Origin: Epiperipatus broadwayi
Lineage: Eukaryota > Animalia > Onychophora
DNA: 64,000 bases
Reading direction: 5' to 3'
Assembly (NCBI GenBank): GCA_028023455.1
Contig: JAQFVV010000005.1
Span: forward strand, 16,120,001 to 16,184,000
The position numbers and the translations under genes are program-made. This document shows positions 55,446 through 64,000 of this stretch, in pieces. The notes under the pieces were generated by a model. The model saw only the letters and a program-made list of their open reading frames with translations. It did no database searches and had not been told where the DNA came from. The first letter of the stretch is position 1. Each line of letters starts with the position of its first letter.

Positions 55446-56159
55446 GCATTTCCAAACAGGTTGAAATTATAAAAATACATCATATGTTGAATCCACTGTT
55501 ATATAGATCTGATACCAGTTCAGAATATATATGATACATGTGTCTTATTATTGTAATAATTGTAAGCATCTTTATCTTTTGGACAGAATTAGTATAAAAC
55601 CAAAAATTAATATCATAGGAACCATAAACATGAAAGAAAAGTTGGCTTGGATTCAATACATTAAAAATGTTTTTAAATTTCAAGATGATAGCTTGAAAAC
55701 AAGAAAGATTAAAAATTGCAGCTGGAGGATCTTTTATTACAACTAAAAAATTTAGGACCACTTATTCCAGGACAAGATTCTGCACAAAGACTATAAAACA
55801 GAAATTAATCTGGGGATCTTGACAAAGCAACATTGGATATGGATTTAATGATCACTACTATGTAATATCTATGATTACTGATGGCAGTGAAGTAAAATAA
55901 AATATAGTTTTATCAAACACTACCTAATATCTATTAATTCTATGATAAGCATTTATTTGCTTTAAACTTCAAATATCAATGAATGACTCATGATTATAGA
56001 AGATGTCAGCATTGGAATAGATATAAATATAGATTTCATAAGCCTTTTTATTTAGTATCTAGTGATTATCCAAATTTATAACAAATGGCAGCAGGGAAGT
56101 AGAATAAAATATAGATATAAATAAAAAAGAATAAATATGAACAAAGTGTTTACACAGTA

Positions 56160-56395
56160 AGTAGGTTATTGGTTTTTATGCTGGGTTTGGGAAAAGATAA
56201 GGGGTGTTTAAATGTAAAGGCCATAGAGTTGACAAAGATTATGTTGTGGAAATGGATGGAGCAGATTATGGGAAACCTTAGGGTGGGGAATGGAAAGGAA
56301 AAGTAAACTGGAAAACAGGTTTCTCTGAACATAGTTGTTGAGAGATTCCCGACTCCATTTAAGGAGAAGTCACAATGTCTCACATCACATCACAT
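56160..56395 (+). mobile_element. 3' end of the APE-RT LINE family, (CACAT)n tail
   Basis: Aligns to 59200-59400 and 60040-60278. Confidence 0.85.
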
Positions 56396-59300
56396 AGATT
56401 TAATGAGCATTAGCATTTAGTATATATTGACTTTTCACACTTACAATAGTTGGCAATAATAAAATAGAATAAATACAGATTTAATAAACACTATCAACTA
56501 GTATTTATTAATTTTAAAAGTTTTCAATAGATGGCAGAATTGGAGTAAAGCAAATACAGAATGGACAGCTTTTGAAGAAATTTTATCAGAGAGTGAATTT
56601 GAGCATTGGAAATTTATCAAATATTTATGAGGCACAATACACATGGTCTAGAAATAATATATTTCTCACAATAGATTATGTATTGGTAGAGAAAGAGGGA
56701 ATGAATAAAATACAGAAAATTAAGGTGATTGATAATGAAGAGAGAGTATGTACTAGTGATCATAACTTCATTGTAATAAAAATGATTAGTAATGTGATGG
56801 AGAATACAAATAAAAGTAAAAACAACAGTGAAAGATATGGATGGAGAGTGAATGATAAGAATAAGTTGGAAGAGTATAAAATACAAGTTGAAGAAACCAT
56901 GGAAGAGTTGGTTGGGGGTGAGTATAAGGATTGGTGCGATGAAATAGAAAAAATGGCAGTAGAGTTTTAGGTGACAATATTCAGAAGAATAAAAGTAATA
57001 AAAAATGAGATTAGTAAAAGTGTAAAAGAGCGGAAAGAAGCATGCAGAGAATATAAATGTGCTATTAAGAACAAAGAAAGTGAAAATGATATTAATGCTA
57101 AATGGAAAAAGTATTTAGAAAATAAGAAGTTGGCTAAAATAGATAATTATAGAGAGAGAATGAAATTGAATAGTAAATTGTTGGAGAATATTAATAAAAG
57201 TGGAGCAGATGGGAGTAAAAAATTTTGGAATTACATTAAAAAAAGAAATGTAGAGGGGAGAGAGATAGTATTACTAGATGATGAGGAAATAGTGTGTAGC
57301 TCTAGTGAAGACTTAGAGGGAATCTTAAATAGATATGTAATGGATATAGAAAAGATGTTAGATGTGGTCAGAGTGATAGAGAACATGAAAGCATATAGTA
57401 ATGGCAATACTAGGTTTACAAAATATGAACTGAATGAGGCAGGGAAGAAATTAAAAAGTGGAAAGGCAAGAGGTTTAGATGTATGGGCAGCAGAGATGGT
57501 AATGAATTTAGGACATAGAGCAAAAGCAAAGCTATTATCATGTTTTAATAAGATGGCACAGAAGAGAGTTTTTCCGGGTAGTTGGAGTAATACAAGGTAA
57601 GATTATTATTTAAAGAAAAAGGTAAGGATCATAGAAAGTTAAACAATTATAGACCGATAATAGTAACATCAGTTTTATATAAAGTTTCTCATATATGGTG
57701 GCTGGAAGAATTGCAAAATGGATGGAAGAGAATAATGTAGTGGGTAAAATGCAAGGAAGTTTTAGATCAGATAGGCATATAGGAGATAGTTTATTTGTAG
57801 TTACACAACTTATGGGTATGAGTAGGAATTCAGATAGACAGTTATATATGAGTTTTATAGATATAGAGAAGACATAAGAGTAAATAGATATAGATATGAT
57901 AGAGTAAATAGAGATAGATTATGGGTAAGTTTAGCAAATTTTGAAATGGATGAAGCTTTAGTGGATATTCTTAAAAAATTATATGAAAATAATTACTATA
58001 TGTATCAATTAGGAAATATAGAATCAGTTAAGGTTAAAAATGGAGTGGGACTAAGGCAAGGATGCCCTGGGTCACCTATTTTGTTTTTGTTGTATTTGAG
58101 TGAAATGGAGAGAGCAATAAAAAGACTAGGAAGAGGGATAGAGATACCGTTAATAGGTAGCAATGGAGTATATACTTTGTTGGGTCTTTTTTGTGAATGT
58201 TTTTTGTGTGCAGAAAGAAGAGAAGAAATGGATGTTATGCTGAGGACATGCATAAAGGTGAATAAAAAGATGGGGATTAAATTTAGTGAAGAAAAATAAA
58301 ATATAATGATGGTTAATACTGGGAAAGAGAAGACAGAATTTTTATTGGGGGATATAAAGTTGTGTAGTGTAAGTAATCAGAGAAATTGCTTGGATGAATG
58401 GAAAAAAAAATTGATAAATGAAGCAAAGAAAAGAAAGGGATTGATAAGAAATTAACAGTGTTTTCATATAATAAATATGATGTAGCTAGAATTGTATGAA
58501 ATGGAGTTGCAGTAACAGGGTTAACATATGGCATTAGATTACTTAGAAAAAGTACAAAGGGTAGTAGGAAGACATGCATTAGATGCAGATGTACAGACAG
58601 CAAAGGAGGCAATTCAAGAAGAAATGGGATGATCAAGTTTTTATATGAGAGATGCAAAAAGTAAAATTAAAATGTTTGGTAGGTTGCAGTTTATGAATAA
58701 TAAAAGAATAGCCAAAATAGTATCTAATTGAGTTACAAGTAAAGGGCAGGCAGCAAGATGAGTGGGAAAGGTAATGTGGTATGCAGAAGATTTGGCTAAA
58801 GAATGTATAACAATATATTTATACAAAAGATGGAATGATTGTGTTAGGAGAATTGTTGAGTGTTATAGTGGTAAGGAATGGAAAAAAAGAATAGATGCAT
58901 TAATAAAGATAGGGAGTTGGAAAGATGGAGAGTAAAAAGAGTTTAAATATAACAGAACATTGGGTGCAAGTTAATTTATGATAATAGTAAGGAAAGTAAT
59001 GTGTTTAAAGCTTGAATGGTATCTTTAGCAACAAGAGAATATACATGTAAATGGAAAAATATGGGTGATCTAGTCTGTAAATTGTGTAAGAAAGGCATAG
59101 AAAATATTAGGCATCTGTTAATTGAATGTAAATGCTTGAAAGCAGAAAGGGTACAAATAATGAAGTTATGGAAGAATAATTATGAACAAAGTGATTATAC
59201 AGAAAATGGGTTTTTATGCCAAGTTTAGGAAAAGATATGGGAGATTTAGATATAGAGGCCATAGAGTTGACAAAGATTATGTTGTGGAAATGGGATGGAG

Positions 59301-59400
59301 CAGATTATGGGAATACTTAGGGTAGCGAATGGAAAGGGAAGGTAAAATGACTAATAGGTTTCTCTGGGCATAGGGAGAAGTCTCAGTATATCACATCACA
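56396..59400 (+). pseudogene. Degenerate non-LTR retrotransposon (AP endonuclease, RT, C-terminal CCHC; RTEX-like, clade uncertain)
   Basis: YTW...TIDYVLV...SDH, KLKSGKARGLD, NYRPI, MQGSFR, FIDIEKT, GLRQGCPGSPILFLLYL and CKLC...IENIRHLLIEC. Ends in a (CACAT)n tail. Confidence 0.9.
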
Positions 59401-60278
59401 GATGTAATAAGTACTATTATGTAGTATCTATTGATTGCTCAACCTTATCCCAAATGGTAGCAACTGAGATTAATAGTTCAATGAAAATGTTCAGTAGATT
59501 GCATGAATAATAAGAGAATAACCAAAACAGTATTTAATTGGGTTATGAGTAAAGGACAGGCAACAAAATTGTGAGAAATGTGGTATGTTATGCAGAAGAT
59601 TTAGATAAAGAATTTGTGGTTAGTATACTTATACAAAAGGTGGGATGATTATGTTAGGAGAATTATTGAGTATTATAGTTGCAAGAAATGGGATAGAAGA
59701 ATAGATGCATTAATAAAGAATAGGGAGTTGGAGAGATGGAGAACTAGTATGAAGAGTAAAAAGAGATTAAATATATATAGAAGTAAACAGAATATTGGGT
59801 AGAAATTAATTTATAATAGCAAGGATAGTAGTTTCTTGTTTAAGGCTCAAACAGGATCTTTAGCGACAAGAAAATGTACACATACATGGAAAAATGTGGG
59901 TGATTTAGTCTGAAAGTTGTATAAGGAAAGCAAAGAAAATATTAGGCATCTGTTAATTGAATGTAAATGTTTGCAGTTAGAAAGAGCACAAATAAATGAT
60001 GTTGTGGGAAAATAAATATAACAAAGGGATTATACAGAAGATGGGTTCTTGGTTTTTATTCTGGGTTTGTGAAAAAATAAGGGGATTTAGATATAAAGGC
60101 CATAGAGTGGACAAAGATTATGTTATGGAAATGAGATGGAGCAGGGTAGTGAAGAATATGGAAAAAAATTAGGGTGGGGAATGGAAAGGTAAAGTAAGGT
60201 GGCTAACAGGTTTCTCTGGACATAGAGGTTGAGATATTCCTGATTCTGAGAAAGAAGTCACAGTGCATCATATCACAT
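59401..60278 (+). mobile_element. Further copy of the same LINE: short post-tail segment plus 3' about 800 bp
   Basis: About 59470-60278 aligns to about 58660-59400. Confidence 0.85.
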
Positions 60279-60761
60279 TGTATTCTTATTCTATATGTAT
60301 ACTTTAAATTCGTTGACATCATTATAAATGCCAATTTATTACATTTTTAGTCTAATTTATTATAAGAAATTTATAAAATATGCTATAATTCAGATCCATC
60401 CATAATTTAATGCAAAGTTAGAATGGTGAATTCTAAAACTCAAATTTGTTAGATCGCAGCACATTTCTGTTAATTTTGTTGCTCAAACTTCAATTTTTCA
60501 CATGAACTGATGAATATTTAATATCATTATGTTACACTTTTAATCAGACAGGTATTAGACAAATTGAAAAATATATGCTAAAATTTAAGTCTGTTGACAC
60601 ACAAAATTAATTTGAAAAGAAAAACATTATAATCCAAATAAAAACAGAAACAAACTGCAAACCATTAATAATAGTTAGCCATTACTTTTCATTTAGCACT
60701 TACATAAATATTAAAAAATATATTCTTCCTTTCACCTTATATCCTTATTACTATAACAATG

Positions 60762-60829
60762 CAGTTTCGATTGACTAGAAATCTTTTTCAGAATGAGCTC
60801 TGAAAAAGATTGCTGGTCAATTGAAACTG
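60762..60829. mobile_element. Small family C palindrome consisting of the degenerate hammerhead alone
   Basis: Arms 60762-60792 and 60799-60829. CTGAAAA AGATTG-CTGGT-CAATT GAAACTG. Confidence 0.7.
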
Positions 60830-61831
60830 ATAGATTGATTAAGTTAAATAAAATAAGTCTGGTTACAGTAAAAAGGAAAGTTGAATTTATTTAATATTAA
60901 AAATTCTGAAGAGAAGCAAGTTTGTTGTCTCAAAATAATCACTTAAAAAAATTAATGTTATCATATAAAAAATAATGTTTGTTAGCAGTTATTTGCTATT
61001 GCAGTTAATTATTGTAGAGATTTTACTTGGGCTATTGTTAATCAGATCAATTCAAGAAGACAGTTGAGAGTTTCACGTACAGTCATAATTATATCTGATT
61101 GGCTGTCACATGAGCATTTTTAAGGCGCTTCTGTCGAAGGTTTCAGCCTTGAACGTTATTATTAGATATCTGCTAGCGCTTAATAAATTTATTCCAAAAG
61201 TAATTTCATTAAAACAAAGTAGTAAGATGAATCAATAAAAAAAAAAAAAAATTACAAATCACGAAATAAACAATATGATACCAAAACAGCTGCCCGCATA
61301 ATTCTTGGAGAGATAGATATTATAAGATAGATTAAAACCAAGCTCTTTTGGCAAAAGGTTTCATAATCAAGTAATTAAAAAATCCATTACTTCTGCCAGT
61401 TCTTAACATTAATATTAATGTAAGTTTTAGAATTACGTTTTTATCTGCAACATAAACATAAATCGCAAGTTTAATGAATAATTATTTGAGATTTTTGAAG
61501 CACAAAAAAATATTTAATAATATTGCTAATATTATTCTTTCGAAACTGTCTACAAGATAATACCAATATTATTCTATTTACATTTTTGCTTCGGTGGTTT
61601 AGGTAATTACAATTCTATGATTTAAATCCGTTCTTTTTAAAAAAAAAAAAAAAAAAAGATAATAACATTTGTAAAATAACATTTCTTTGAATGAAAATAA
61701 TACTTTATTAAAATTATATTATATATACATCAGTTGGTTAACTCTAAAAAACAGAAATAGTTACAATAATGAATTGTGAAATATAAATTTTCTACAGTGC
61801 AGGCTTTTTCGCACCTGCACTTATATATGTA

Positions 61832-61993
61832 AGGGGTTTGAACTCAGACTTTCACATGACCCTCAGCCACCCATGTTGTCTCATACCGCATCACACACGT
61901 TATCTTTTTCTACATGTGTGTGATCAAGTGTATCAGCGGTATGAGATAGCATTTATGGCGGAGGGTCGTGTGAAAGTCTGAGTTCAAATTCCC
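61832..61993. mobile_element. Family E head-to-head palindrome (superficially MITE-like)
   Basis: GGGGTTTGAACTCAGACTTTCACATGACC ... GGTCGTGTGAAAGTCTGAGTTCAAATTCCC, with TTATCTTTTTCTA at the centre. Confidence 0.85.
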
Positions 61994-63310
61994 AATAATG
62001 AATTGTATATTTTTTTCCCATCAATACTATGAATCATACATAGATGAATCAGGACGTCATATATATCTATAGCAATTGAAAACCCTTTATATACATATCC
62101 ATTTCGAAATGTAGATTTTGTTGCAAAAAAAATAATAATCTATTGAATAAAAAATATTCACGTGACCTTGAATTTAATGCTATAATAATTGATCCTTTTC
62201 TTTGCAGGATTTTCTATGAAATTTTCTATTCACTTCTCTTAAAATATTTTTATCATTTTTCAATTTTGACATTTATTTATTAATTTATTTTGCAATTATT
62301 ACTGCGTCTTGGTTGTTTAATCTTATCAACATCTGGAGTAATTAAAAAATGAGAGGAATGTTTTTGAGATTACATCTAAAATATTGACCCATCTTATAAC
62401 ATTTTCCCACATTACCTAAAGTTTTTTTACATCTACAATTTGTTCTAGATTTTTGCCCATGGGCTTATTTTAACTATAAAACTGAATTCTTCAACCTCTA
62501 AATACAAAATTCCCCAGAATTCTATCTGATGGTATGCACGTGTACAGTAAGCTAGCTTCACAAGCATTGATTATAAACATGTTGTTCTAATGCCCTGCAT
62601 GTGCTCTAAATGGTTTGGTGCAGTGGCAGATAGTGGTGTTCAAAATTCATATTCATGGTCAGATCTGTAATTCTTGGTACTTGGACCTTCTTATGAATTC
62701 CTGAGCAATAAACTATTTGATTTTTTTTCATTTAACAATTTTTCTGCTTTTTTTTTTTTTTGACTTCAAGTCCATGTAGATCAAAGACATTTCTTTCTTT
62801 TCTACTTTAAACTTTAACATTCCAATAACTTTTATTTAATTTAAAGTATATCATGCCTGAAAATTTTACAATATCTGTTTGCATTGGTAATAAAAACATT
62901 TCAATTTTTTTCCAATTTGACTGATTGTTTCAAAGCTGATATGGCAAACTTGTTAAAAAGTGAGATGTGAGAGGTTTCATCTTAAGCAGTACTTTAATGA
63001 AATGAAAACAACTTCCATGCTTTATTGATAATCCTGAGTAGTTCAAATAAAGAGACAAATAATTATATTCTGATTGAGTTAACTTTGTATTTTTAACCAC
63101 ATTTCTAATCTCTGATATCACTAAGTTGGCAAGTGATGGTTAATAATTGAATGAGATTCCTGAAAGCATCTTCACCAAGTTCCATATCTATTAATTTATT
63201 AAAAAATAATTTCCAATAGTTTTTTAATTGTATTCATGTCTAGGAAAAATGTAAGTGGTTCTTATTCTTCTTTACAACATAACTCCCATATTTCTTTCAT
63301 TATATTTATT

Positions 63311-63670
63311 AAAACAGGCAAAACTGTCCACACAGTAGTGCCATTCAGTGCAAGTCAGAGAAATCAATGGATGCCAGAAGGCTTATGCATAAAATTCCTA
63401 TCTAGTGCCTACTCATCCAATATCCACAGACTAGTTTCTAGCTTGTGGCCTTCATCAGTGAGGAGCCTTGGATCTGAGAGCACCACCTAGATTAGCATTG
63501 ATTACTCTGGCTTACATTGAGTGGCACTACTGTATGGAGAGTTTTGTCTGGGCATAATTATTGAGAGATTCTTGACTCCATTTAAGAAGAAGCTACAGTA
63601 CATCATATCACATCACATCTGTTTTAATAAGTTATGAGCAAGCATAAGAAATGGTGATCATGTGATTATA
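63311..63670. mobile_element. Family A head-to-head structure with intact hammerhead core and a nested LINE tail
   Basis: Minus copy 63311-63490 with hammerhead at 63423-63464 (TCCTCA CTGATGA AGGCCACAAGCTA GAAA CTA GTC TGTGGA). Plus copy 63496-63670 is interrupted at 63551-63617. Confidence 0.9.
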
Positions 63671-64000
63671 TTTATTGTGGTTCTCTTGAAGATTTAGAAA
63701 ATTAAATGAGTGTTAACTTATCTTTCATAAAATTATAACTAATGTTAGTTGGTGAAATATCATCTCTGAAAATGTCACATAATTTCTTTATAGTTCTTCT
63801 GAGTTCAACAAAAATGTGCTTTCTACTGATTCAAAATTTCCTATTCAATACACTTTACTTCATTAACTGCTTAAGATATTGTGATTCATTTATAACTTTA
63901 CTATTTCAAGCACTCTTTGATTCCTACTGTTCATGCTTGAGATTCGACTGATGATATTCTTTTTGAAACTCAGATCTTTCCTTCTTCATAGTAATATCAG

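Noticed and set aside
61832-61993. Classical TIR MITE
   Set aside because: The arm is contiguous with a hammerhead at 49416, the 40739 locus has a tandem arm, and no clear TSD is seen. The MITE reading is not fully excluded.

Overview
Very AT-rich, non-genic eukaryotic (most likely invertebrate metazoan) DNA made up largely of decayed mobile elements and simple repeats. I recognise no intact host protein-coding gene. Recognisable coding remnants are Penelope-like elements (RT thumb and GIY-YIG), Ingi/Vingi-, RTE-, L1/Tx1- and RTEX-like LINEs, and a Ty3/gypsy gag-pol relic. There is also a four-copy tRNA-Gly(TCC)-derived mini-SINE, two copies with 13-bp TSDs. Simple repeats include a 1.2-kb (GATA)n tract, 27-bp and about 37-bp minisatellites, and a TTAGGG-like tract. 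The most striking signal is a dense set of short non-coding elements in at least four families (A, B, C, E), each carrying a minimal type I hammerhead ribozyme (CUGAnGA...GAAA...UH). They occur as roughly 290-400-nt tandem units and/or as palindromes. Every palindrome I could orient is head-to-head (5'-5'), like the GIY-YIG-bearing Penelope palindromes in the same window. This looks like a Penelope-driven, retrozyme-like system of non-autonomous ribozyme elements. All alignments and RNA folds were done by eye; ribozyme activity, copy numbers and family boundaries need computational and experimental confirmation.
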